From positions 1 to 16,216 of the forward strand of contig NW_021825158.1 of the NCBI RefSeq assembly GCF_006345805.1: a stretch of DNA of 16,216 nucleotides, written 5' to 3'. How positions within the stretch are numbered: the stretch's first letter is position 1; each line of letters begins with the position of its first letter. Source of the DNA: Octopus sinensis. Taxonomy: Eukaryota. Shown piece after piece: positions 1 to 11,399 of this stretch. The position numbers and the translations under genes were made by a program. Under the pieces are notes generated by a model. That model was not told the DNA's origin, did not search any database, and saw only the letters and a list, made by a program, of their open reading frames with translations.

Positions 1-483
1 CTTTCTCAATTGCGCCCCTCACATAGTCATCCAGGGTATTACAATCAGGGGAATTAGAAGACCAGAAATTCGGGCTTGGGCAGTCGTAGAAAATCTCCAA
101 CAATCACGTCTGGTTCCTTCCAGTGGTATGACGAAGAGATGAATCTTGCTGCCACACATATGACCTTCCAATGGCAATCCTCTCCAGCCAGAGTTTGATC
201 CCAATCTGCAGCAGTTTCACAAAGCTGTCTGTGTAGAGCGTAACTCACTGCCTTTCAACGATGTGGCAATGAATTGTGGTGTGGTGCAGACCACACCACA
301 GAACTCCTACTATGTCCCTTTCCAGTAGCTACAGATTCAGTCTCATGCGTGTGTCACATCTCACAGCCTTTACAGTATTCACAGAGCATTGAGCATCAGT
401 CATGATGTTGGCATTTTGATATCCACCAAAAATTACAATGATACAGGAAACTCTTTTCAAATATTCAGAAATTTAATCTCAAT
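1..483 (-). mobile_element. Degenerate, internally deleted Tc1/mariner-superfamily transposase, DD37D (maT) type; runs off the window start
   Basis: Minus-strand translation of ~240->1 reads LYTDSFVKLLQIGIKLWLERIAIGRSYVWQQDSSLRHTTGRNQT*LLEIFYDCPSPNFWSSNSPDCNTLDDYVRGAIEK. This has the QQD second catalytic Asp (143-145) and the WPxNSPDxNPLD-type third Asp (29-31), exactly 37 residues apart, with an in-frame TGA at 104-106. Positions ~300-480 translate to a plausible N-terminal helix-turn-helix region (IIVIFGGYQNANIMTDAQCSVNTVKAVRCD). The first catalytic Asp region is absent. Confidence 0.85.
275..300. repeat. Perfect 11-bp inverted repeat with 4-nt loop
   Basis: TGTGGTGTGGT (275-285) - GCAG - ACCACACCACA (290-300). 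Confidence 0.95.
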
Positions 484-884
484 GGTCTCCAACGCTGTTG
501 ACTGTTCACTAATGCATGAAGCTCTCGAGGAAAAGAAGTAGTCTAAACAAATCACCAAATTTGTGTATTTATAATATATACAAGCGCTCACCCGACCTTT
601 GACCCAGTGTGTACTCTACACAAATGTATTCATAAAACATCTATCGTAATGCTTATGTATTAAGATCTTAGTTAAAGGTTACTAGTCGCTCCTCTCCAAA
701 AGATAAAGTTTTAAATTCCAACCTGACTTGTCGTTACTTTGATGTTTCCTCTTCTCTGTAGCAGGCATTTCTATCTGCGTTACTTTGAAGTTGTTCTGTT
801 AACGTATATCCTCTTAAGCTGGCTTTTCTAATGGCTTGAGACTCCAGCCTCTGTCGTTTCTTCTCTTGGGAAAGGAAGGGCATT

Positions 885-949
885 GCAAGAATCAAACCCA
901 CGATCTAGCTATTGTGAGGGTAACACCCGAATCACTATGCCATACAGCT
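885..949 (-). mobile_element. tRNA-derived SINE 5' head (degenerate Pol III A and B boxes)
   Basis: Minus strand AGCTGTATGGCATAGTGATTCGGGTGTTACCCTCACAATAGCTAGATCGTGGGTTTGATTCTTGC. A-box-like TGGCATAGTGA (932-942) and B-box-like GGGTTTGATTCT (888-899) lie at tRNA-like spacing; no intact cloverleaf. Confidence 0.55.
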
Positions 950-1217
950 ACTCACACATGCACACGAGTATACACATACATAGACTTATATATGTACGTA
1001 TATGCATATAAAGCAATCAGTTTACACCTTTTCTCCATACTACCATGGGTTGTATGAGTATATTACCTATCCATTCTTTTTGTATCTGGATCCCCTCATG
1101 TTATTAACCCTTACCTGTTGTTCAAGGGGTCACTTATTCCAATGGTTCGTCTATTAACAGGGAAAATGATAATCTAATCGTTCATAGCTGAGCAATTTTC
1201 AGTAAAAGCAAATGGAA

Positions 1218-1242
1218 ACACACACACACACACTCAAGCAGG

Positions 1243-1309
<67 letters not shown>

Positions 1310-1332
1310 TACGTACACACACACAAACACAC
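1218..1332. repeat. Compound (CA)n/(TA)n microsatellite
   Basis: CA run from 1218, TA run ~1249-1306, CA-rich to ~1332. Confidence 0.95.
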
Positions 1333-1420
1333 AAATACTTCATTTTGGCAGTTGTTTTCACTGGTCCTCAGATTTTGTCCAGCGGTGTACGATGTGCTTC
1401 TCTCAGATTATCTCTATTTA

Positions 1421-1491
1421 ATCCACTCAGAAGCCTTGATCAACCATGGGATTTAGAAGAAGGTTCTTGCCCAAGGTGTCATACAGTGGGA
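1421..1491 (-). mobile_element. SINE central (CORE-like) fragment
   Basis: Minus strand TCCCACTGTATGACACCTTGGGCAAGAACCTTCTTCTAAATCCCATGGTTGATCAAGGCTTCTGAGTGGAT contains the CCTTGGGCAAG signature of CORE-type SINEs. It resembles the remembered octopus SINE middle region (not searched). Confidence 0.55.
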
Positions 1492-1499
1492 AAAAACTG

Positions 1500-1636
1500 G
1501 TGGTTGATGTTTGGAAGAGCATCCAGCTGTAAAATCCCTTTCCTAAATAGACAATAGCCCAGGGGAGTTTTTTCTACCTGGACGGCTCCTTGAATGCATG
1601 GAAGGTGGACGGTATGTGGTGATGATGATGATGATG
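1500..1636 (+). mobile_element. 3' end of a SINE/RTE-type retroelement with (GAT)n tail
   Basis: GGAAGAGCATCCAGCTGTAAAA ... GCATGGAAGGTGGACG followed by GATGATGATGATGATG (1621-1636). It resembles a remembered octopus repeat 3' end (GGAAGGGCATCCAGCCGTAGAAA...GCATGGAAAGCGGACGTTAAACGATGATG); family not verified. Confidence 0.5.
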
Positions 1637-2205
1637 TTAGTAAATATATATATATATATATATAATATAATTTTATATATATACATAATGGAAACTTATT
1701 AAATAATTATGAAATAGTCATAAAGATATTTGCAAAAATTTATAAAGTAAGCACTTGTTGATAGAGTCTGTCGAAATATTAGCAAAGTAGATGAGATCAA
1801 ATCAAAGATCAATACAGGAAGTTTTATTGTACAAACTCTGTGTCATTGATACTTTTACTGGTTTTCCTAAATCTACCTGTCTTTAGAGAATCAACTTGTT
1901 TTTAATATAAAGTGCCCCCCACCCCAGCTGGGGTATGTTCCACAGATTTATAGCTCAAGATGTAAGCAGAGGAATGTACCTAACCTAGACACACAACACA
2001 ATGACTGTTGTTAGGTTTATTAGTGTCAAGAAGAACATTCAGCTATGAATAATACTTTAGATAAACTGAAGTTTACAATATCAATGTTATCTTTTGCAAG
2101 ACTTTAGAACCATCAACTTCTGTTTATTGTTGTTTAACTCATTTTATAAATGTTTTAAAAACTGTTTTGCTTTCTTTCTTTTTTGACTGATTTTATTCAA
2201 AAGAC

Positions 2206-2283
2206 ATGGCGAATATCAGACAGAACATTTTGAATGGTGACATTGAAGGAGTGGAAAGACTCTTAAAAATGGATCCAACAATA
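2206..2283 (+). CDS. Ankyrin-repeat gene, first coding exon (26 aa, N-terminal capping helix)
   Basis: A pyrimidine tract plus AAAAG acceptor (AG 2202-2203) precedes ACATGGCG, so an upstream 5'UTR exon is likely. MANIRQNILNGDIEGVERLLKMDPTI ends at a phase-0 GTAAGT donor at 2284 and continues logically into INKPI of the next exon. Confidence 0.8.
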
Positions 2284-3194
2284 GTAAGTTGTTCTGTTTA
2301 TTGCCTTCTCAAATTTGACTGTTTATTATTTCATACACAATATGAAATGTTTTATACACAATATGAAAAGTAGCCATGATATTTGTCCATGATATTTCAT
2401 TTCTTTCTTCACCTCTTTTCTCTAATCCTCATCATCGACATTTTTATAAATATTTAACCAAACATTGAGACATGACAGAATTGATGGAATGTGAGTGAGA
2501 AAGAAATCCATCACACACTGCAATGGGGTGTTCTGGCGGGAAGTATTCAGTTCAAGAGATGAGAGACAGATGGAGACAGATCTCCCTAAGAGGAAGATCA
2601 CATGGACTGACCTGTGGAGGCTGGAACCTTTGCACATCTCCTTCCTGCATGGAGCTGTGTATGACACACTCCCGACGCCAACAAACCAGCACAGATAAGG
2701 TTTGAGGGAAGACCAGCTGTGTAGACTTTGTGGGAAAGGGGCACTCTAGCACACATCTTGGAAGGGTGCAGAATAACTCTTTCTCAAGGCAGATACAAAT
2801 ACTTGCTCACACCCTGGAGCAGTAAAGGTGTAAGAATCATCATCACCAAGGGAAGATAACTGCCGCAATTCAGTTCGTGAAAGAGGGAGAGAAACCAGTA
2901 AAGCCAGCAAAAGCAATACACAGCTTGCTGCAAGGGTCTCAACCATGGGATATGAAGGTAGATTTAGGGAAGAGATTGCAGTTTCCGCAGGTTATCCATA
3001 CAACCCTGAGGCTTGATGTGGTTCTCTGGTCTGTAAAATGCCCAGAAAAGTATCATAATTGAACGAACAGTCACGTGGAGAACGGGTTGTAACGAGGCCC
3101 ATGAACGGAAGTGTGACAGATATAAGAGCTTTCTGCAGGCTCCATTCACTTTGGTGAATAGATAAAACACATCCTTACAGGTGTTATTAACTAG

Positions 3195-3239
<45 letters not shown>

Positions 3240-6200
3240 GTTTGTGTGTGTGTGTGTGTATGCATGTGTATCGATGCTAGTGTGTGTCCCTAACTGCTAA
3301 TTGATAATCGGTGTTGGTGTATTAGCATCCCTGTTACTTAGGCCTGAAGCAAAAGAGAGCTATAGGTTGGTGCTAATAAGACAGAAAAGGAACCACACAT
3401 AAAAGACAAAATCGAGGAGGAGCCCCAGCATGGCCGAAGTCTCATGACTGAAACAAGAAGAAGAGAGAAAGAAAAGGAAAGAGAAAAAAGAAGAGAGGAA
3501 TAGAAAAATAAAGAAAGAAAAGGAAAATTGAGAGAGAATTATAGAGAAGACAAAAAGAGAAACGAAGCAGAGAAAGAAAGAGAAAAAAGGAGAGAAAAGA
3601 TAAAGAGAATGAGATTGAAAAAAGAAAACGAGAGAGAAAAGAAAGGGAGAGAGAAAAGAAAAGTAGAGAGAGAGAGAGAAATGAGAGGAAGAAAGACAGA
3701 AATGAAAGAGTGAGAGAGAGGAAAAAGGATAAAAAGAAAACGAGAGGGAGAAAAAAGAGAGAGAGCGAGAAAAGAAAGAAAGAGAAAAAGAAACAAGAGG
3801 AAGAAAGAGAGAAATGAAAGAGTGAGAGTGTGGAAAAGGATAGAAAGTAAATGAGAGGGAGAAAGAAGAAAAAAAGTGAGAGAGCGAGAAAAGAAAGAGA
3901 GAGAGAAAAAGAAAGGAGAGAAAAAAGGGAAAAATGAAAGAGTGAGAGACAGGAAGAATGATAAAAAGAAAACGAGAGTGAGAAAGAAGGAGAAAAATGC
4001 ATGATAGCGAGAAAGGAAGGAGAGAGAGAAAAGAAAGGGAGGAAGTAAGAGAGAAATGAATGAGAGAGAGAGAGGGAGAAGGATAAAATGAAAACGAGAG
4101 GGAGAAAGAAGGAGAGAAAAGTGAGGGGGCGAGAAAAGAAAGAGAGAGAAAAAGAAAGGAGAAGAAGAAAGAGAGAAATGAAAGAGTGAGAGAGAGGAAG
4201 AAGGATAAAAAGAAAAGGAGAGGGAGAAAGAAGGAGAAAAAAGTGAGAGAGCGAGAAAGGAAGGAGAGAGAGAAAGAAAGGAGAGGAAGAAAGAGAGAAA
4301 TGAAAAAGTGAGAGAGAGAGGGAGGAGGATAAAAAGAAAACGAGAGGGAGAAAGAAGGAGAAAAATGTGAGAGAGCGAGAAAGGAAGGAGGGAGAGAAAG
4401 AAACGAGAGGAAGAAAGAGAGAAATGAAAGAGTGAGAGAGAGGAAGAAGGATAGAAAGAAAACGAGAAAGAGAAAGAAGGAGAAAAATGTGAGAGAGCGA
4501 GGAAAGAAAGAGAGAGATAAAGAAACGAGAGGAAGAAAGAGAGAAATGAAAGAGTGAGAGAGAGGAAGAAGGATAAAAAGAAAACGAGAGGAAGAAAGAA
4601 GGAGAGAAAAGAAAGAGAGAAAGAATAAGAAACGAGAGGAAGAAATAGAGAAATGAAAGAGTGAGAGAGAGGAAGAAGTATAAAAAGAAAACGAGAGGAA
4701 GAAAGAAGGAGAAAAAAGCCAGAGAGCAAGAAAAGAAAGAGAGAAAGAAAAAGAAACGAGAGGAAGAGAGAGAGAAATGAAAGAGTGAGAGAGAGGAAGA
4801 AGAAAAAAAAGAAAACGAGAGGTAGAAAGGAGAAAAAAGTGAGAGCGAGAGCAGAGAAAGGAGGAGGGGAGAGAAGAAGAGAAAGAAGCGAGGGGAAGAA
4901 AGAAAAGAGAGAAAAGAAAGAGAGAAATGAAAGAGTGAGAGAGAGGAAGAAGGATAGAAAGAAAACGAGAGTGAGAAAGAAGGAGAAAAAACGAGAGAGC
5001 GAGAAAAGAAAGAGAGAGTAAAAGAAACGAGAGGAAGAAAGAGAGAAATGAAAGAGTGAGAGAGAGGAAGAAGGATAGAAAGAAAACGAGAGGAAGGAAG
5101 AAGGAGAAAAAATGAGAGATCGAGGAAAGAAAGAGAGGGAAAAAGAAACGAGAGGAAGAAAGAGAGAAAGAAATATAAAAAGGAGAGAAACGAGAGGTAG
5201 AAAGAGAGAAATGAAAGAGTGAGAGAGAGGAAAAAAGAGAAGAAGAATGGAGAGAGAAAGGGAAATAGAAAGAGAGGAAGGCAGAGAGAAAGAGGAAGAG
5301 AGGAAAGAAAGAGAGAGTTAAAAGGAAGCGAGTAAGGGAGAGAAAAAGAGAGAAAGAGGGAAAAGAAAAGGAGAGAGATAAAGAAGAGAGAATAGAAAAA
5401 GAGAGAAATGGAAAGCAGGAGTGAAAGGTAAAAGAGCGGGAGAGAAGGAGAGCAGAGAAAAAGAGAGGGGGAGAAAGAAGGAGGGAAAGGGGGAAAAAGA
5501 AAGTGAGAGATAAGAATAGGAGAGGGAGAGAAAGAGAAAAGAGACAGAGAGGGAAAGAGGGGAATATAGGAGAGAAAAGAGAGTGGGAAATAGAGAGAGA
5601 GGAAGAAAGATAGAAAAGAGAGGGAGAGAGGAAGTAATAAAAGAAGAGAGAGAGAGAGAATAAAGCGGAGAGAAAGAGAGAACAAAGAGTAAGAGATATA
5701 GAGAGAGAAAGATAGAAAATAAAATGTGAGAGAGTGAGAGAAGAAGAAAGAGAGAGGAAAGGGAGAGAGAGAAAAAAGGAAAAGAGAAAGGACATCAAAG
5801 AAAGAGAGACAAGTAAAAGAGAAAGAGGAAGAAAGACAGAAAAGGCAAAGAGAAGCACAGAGAGAAAGAGAGAGAAAGAGATAAAAGTAAAAGAGAAAGA
5901 GAGATGAAAAAGAAAAAGGTTGGGTGAAAGAGAGAAAAGGAATAGTGAAGGAGACAAAGAGAGAAAGAAAGAGAAATGGAAAAAGAGAGAAAGAGAAAGA
6001 GAGAGAAGTAAAATGGAAAAAGAGAGAAAGGAATGGGAGAGAGAGAGAAAAAGAGGAAAAAGGGAGAGGGAGAAAGAAAGAGAGAGAAGAAAAAGGGAAA
6101 GAGAAAGAATGTAAGAATAGAAAGAGAAAAAAATGAAAGAGAGAGAGATACGGAGAGAGAAAGAGAGAAATTGAAAAATAGAGAAAGAGAAAGATAAGAG

Positions 6201-7095
6201 AAAAATGAGAAAGAGAAAGAGTAAGGAAATGAGAGATAGAAAGAGAGGAAAGGAAAATGGGAAAGGAGAGAAAAGAAAGAGAGAGAGAGTAAAAGAGACA
6301 CTGAGAGAGAAAGAAAGAGAGAGAAGAGAAAAGGGGAAAGAGAGAGAAAGAGAGAAAAAAAGAGAAGGAAAGAAATGAAAGAGGGAGATAGAGAGAGAAA
6401 GAGGAAAGAAAGAGGAAAGAAAACGAGAAAGAGAGTGAGAGACAAAGAGAGAGAGTGTAAATGAGACACGGAGAGAGGAGAAAGAAAGAGAGAGATAAAA
6501 AGGGGAAAGAGAGAGAAAGTGAGAAAAGAAAGAGAAGGATAGAAATGAAAGAGGGAGATAGAGAGAGAAAGAAGGAGAGAAAGAGGAAAGAAAACGAGAA
6601 AGAGAGTGAGAGACAAAGAGAGAAAAGATAGAGAGAGAGAGAGAGAGAAAATGGAATTTCTCTATTTCACATGTCCTCACTTTCTTCATTACAGATTAAT
6701 AAACCTATTATGGAGATGGAACAACTCCTTTAATCTTTGCCTCTGAAGTGGGCGCCGATCGAAGAATCATCGAAATATTGATAAAAGCTGGTGCGGAGTT
6801 AGGAGCGAAAGACGTCGGGGGTCGTACAGCTTTGCATTGGGCTGTGATTTGGTAAGTTGAGAATCAAGTAAAATCTGCAGATGTGTTTTTGTTTGTAAAT
6901 TTGTTGCAATTGCAGACACAGGTTCAATATCCAAAGGATGTTGAGGAGGAGGAGGAGGAGGAGGAGGAGGATAATAATGATGATGAGGAGGAGGAGGAGG
7001 AAGATGATGATGACGATGATGATGAGGATGAGGATGATGATGATGAGGATGATGATGAGGATGATGATGATGATGAGAGGAGGAGGATGATGATG

Positions 7096-7137
<42 letters not shown>

Positions 7138-7381
7138 TTGATGATGCGGATGATGATGATGATGATGATGATTGAATGATGATGATGATGAGGAGGAGGA
7201 TGATGATGATGAAGAGGATGGTAATGATGGTGATGATGATGATGATGATAATGATGACAATTATGATGATGATGATGAGGATGAAGATGATGATGATGAT
7301 TATGATGATGATGATGATGATGATATGATGATGATGATAATGTTGATGATGATGAGGATGATGATAATGTTGATGATGATG

Positions 7382-7414
<33 letters not shown>

Positions 7415-7582
7415 CGGATGATGATGATGATGATGAGGATGAGGATGATGATGATGATGATGATGAGGATGAGGATGATGATGATGCTGATGATGATGAT
7501 GATTATAATGATGATGATGAGGAGGAGGATGATGATGATGATGAAGAGAATGATGATGATGATGATGATGATGAGGAGGATG

Positions 7583-7615
<33 letters not shown>

Positions 7616-8533
7616 TGATGATAATGATGGAAGATGATGATGATGTTGATTATGATGATGATGATGAGAATGCTGATGATGATGATGATGAGGAGGAGGT
7701 GGAGGAGGAGGAGGGGGAGAATGATGATGGATGATGATGATGATGATTAATGATGATGATATATGATGATGAGGAGGAGGAGGAGGATGATGATGATGAT
7801 GAAGATGATGATATGATGATGATGATGATGATGATGATGACGATGATGATGATAATGATGATGATGATGAGAATGATGATGATGATGAGGAGGAGGAGGA
7901 GGTGGAGGAGGAGGAGGAGAATAATGATGATGATGATGATGACGATGATGATGATGATGATGAAAATATGATGAGGATGACGATGATGATGATGATGATG
8001 ATAATGATGATAATTATGATGATGATGATGAGGATGATAATGATGGAAGATGATGATGATGATGATGTTGATTATGATAAGAATGATGATGATGATGATG
8101 ATAATGATGATAATGATGATGATGATGAGAGGGGAGGAGGAGGATGATGATGATGATGATGATGATGATGTTGATGAGGAAGAGGAGGAGGAGGGGGATG
8201 ATGATGAGGATGATGATGATGATGAAAATGATGATGATGAGGGGGAGGAGGATAATGATGAACATGATGAGGACGATAAGGATGAAGGAAGATGATGATG
8301 AGGATGAGGATGATGATGAGATGATGAGGATGAGGATGATGATGATGATGATGAGGTTGAGGATGATATGGATGATGTTGATGATGAGGATGATGATGAT
8401 AATGAAGATGATGATGATGAGGAGGAGGAGGATGATGATGAGGATGATGATGATGATGAAGATGATGATGATAATGATGATTATGATGATGATAATGATG
8501 ATGATGTTGAGGATGATGATGACGATGATGATA

Positions 8534-8565
<32 letters not shown>

Positions 8566-8837
8566 AATGATGATAATGTTGGTGATGATGATGATGAGGA
8601 TGATGATGATTATGATGATGATGATGAGGAGGATGATGATGATTAGGATGATGATGATTATGATGATGATGAGGATGATGATGATGATGATGATGATGAT
8701 TAGGATGATGATGATGATGATGAGGAGGAGGAGGAGGATGATGATGATGATGATGAACATGATGAGGACGATGAGGATGAAGGAAGATGATGATGATGAT
8801 GATGATGAGGATGATGATGATGATGATGATGAGGATG

Positions 8838-8871
<34 letters not shown>

Positions 8872-9111
8872 GGTTGAGGATGATGATGATGATTATGATG
8901 ATGAGGATGTTGATGATAATGAAGATGATGATGATGATGAGGAGGATGATGATGATGATGATGATGATGAGGATGATGATGATGAATATGATGATGATAA
9001 TGATGATGATGATGATGAGGAGGAGGAGGATGATGAATATGATGATGACAATGATGATGAAGGATGATGATGATGATGAGGATGATGATGATTATGATGA
9101 TCATAATGATG

Positions 9112-9155
<44 letters not shown>

Positions 9156-9225
9156 AATGATGATGATGATGATGATGATAATGTTGATGATGATGATGAT
9201 GAGGATGATGATGATAATGATGGAA

Positions 9226-9256
<31 letters not shown>

Positions 9257-9580
9257 TTGATTATGATAATGATGATGATGATGATGAGAATGCTGATGAT
9301 GATGATGAGGAGGTGGAGGAGGTGGAGGAGGAGGAGGAGAATGATGATGATGATGATGATGACGATGATGATGAAGATGATGATGAGTATGATGATGATG
9401 ATGATGATGAGGATGATGATGATGATGATGATAATGATGATGATGATGATGATGAGGATGATGATGATGATGATGCTAATGATGATGATAATGATGATGA
9501 TGATAATGATGATAATGTTGATGATAATGAGGATGATGATGATGATGATGATGCGGATGATGATGATGATGATGATGATA

Positions 9581-9611
<31 letters not shown>

Positions 9612-9814
9612 CGATGATGATGATGATGATGATGAAGATGATGATGAGGATGGTGATGATGATGATGATAATAATGTTGATGATGAGTATGATGATGATG
9701 ATGATGAGGATGATGGTGATGATGATGATGATGATGATGATGATGAGGATGATGATAATGATGATAATTATGATGATGAGGATGATGATGATGATGATTA
9801 TGATGATGATAATG

Positions 9815-9847
<33 letters not shown>

Positions 9848-9849
9848 CA

Positions 9850-9888
<39 letters not shown>

Positions 9889-9984
9889 AATGATGAAGAG
9901 GAGGAGGATGGATGATGATGATGATGATGATGATGGTGATGATAATGATGATGATGATGATGCTGATGATGATGATGATGATGA

Positions 9985-10041
<57 letters not shown>

Positions 10042-10237
10042 ATGATGATGATGATGAATGATAATGATGATGATGTTGATGAGGATATGATGATGATGGG
10101 ATGATGATGATAATGATGATGATGATAATGATGATGATGTTGATGATGATTGAGGATGATGATAATGATGATGATGCGGATGATGATGATGATGATGTGA
10201 TGAATGATGATGATGATAATGATGATGATGAGGAGGG

Positions 10238-10279
<42 letters not shown>

Positions 10280-10400
10280 GGAAGAGGATGATGGGATTTT
10301 GATGATGATGATGATATTATGATGATGAGGAGGAAGATGATGATGAACATGATGAGGATGAGTAAGGATAAAGGAGGAGATGAGGAGAGATGAGGATGAT

Positions 10401-10435
<35 letters not shown>

Positions 10436-11275
10436 GGATGATGATGATGAGGATGAGGATGATGAGGTTGAGGATGATGATGATGATTATGATGAGGATG
10501 ATGTTGATGAGGAGGAGGAGGAAGAGGAGGAGGATGAGGATGATGTTGATGATAATGATGATGATGATGAGGAGGAGGGAGGATGTTGACGATGATGATG
10601 ATGAAGATGATGAGGACAATGATGATGAAGGAAGATGATAATGATGATAAGGAGGAGGATGGATGATGATGATGATGATGATTATGATGATGATAATGAT
10701 GAGGATGATGAGGATGATGAGATGATGATGATGATGATGATGATAATGTTGATGATGATGATGATGAGGATGATGATGATTATGATGATGATAATGTTGA
10801 TGATGATGATGATGAGGATGATGATGATATGATGATGATGATGATGATGATGATGAGGAGGAGGATGATGATGATGATGAGGATGTGATGATGATTATGA
10901 TGATGATGATGATGAGGATGATGATGATGATGATGATGATTAGGATGATGATGATGATGATGATGATAATGATGATGATGATGAGGAGGAGGAGGAGGTG
11001 GATGATGATGATGATGAACATGATGAGGACGATGAGGATGAAGGAAGATGATGATGATGATGAGGATGAGGATGATGATGATGATGATGATGATGAGGAT
11101 GATGATGAGGTTGAGGATGATGATGATGATTATGATGATGAGGATGATGATGATAATGAAGATGATGATGATGAGGAGGAGGATGTGATGATGATGATGA
11201 TGATGATGATGAGGATGATGATGATGATGAAGATGATGATGATAATGATGATGATTATGATGATGATGAGGAGAA

Positions 11276-11307
<32 letters not shown>

Positions 11308-11355
11308 GGATGATGATGATGAAGGAAGATGATGATGATGATGATGATGAGGATG

Positions 11356-11399
<44 letters not shown>

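Noticed and set aside
590-615. Possible 5' TIR of the maT element (minus strand TACACACTGGGTCAAAGGTCGGGTG)
   Set aside because: The other end lies outside the window, so an inverted-repeat partner and TA TSD cannot be shown.
885-949. Possible tRNA gene (also 13639-13691)
   Set aside because: Only degenerate A/B boxes are present and no cloverleaf can be formed; better explained as SINE heads.
1103-1115. TTAACCCTT as a piggyBac-like terminus
   Set aside because: It is a short motif with no matching opposite end in the window; the same string also occurs in the foldback arm.
1212-1557. YIYI/HTHT/VCVC-type ORFs here and at 13614-13991 and 15172-15881
   Set aside because: These are translations of TA/CA microsatellites and adjoining non-coding or SINE-derived sequence.
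3690-5240. Regularly spaced repeats resembling a CRISPR array
   Set aside because: There are no unique spacers (whole units are homologous and low-complexity), no cas genes, and the context is eukaryotic.
3360-6689. 1109-aa, 747-aa, 396-aa and 273-aa minus-strand F/L/S-rich ORFs, and short K/R/E-rich plus-strand ORFs
   Set aside because: These are translations of the polypurine/polypyrimidine tract, whose T/C strand cannot easily form stop codons. There is no domain and the tract lies inside an intron.
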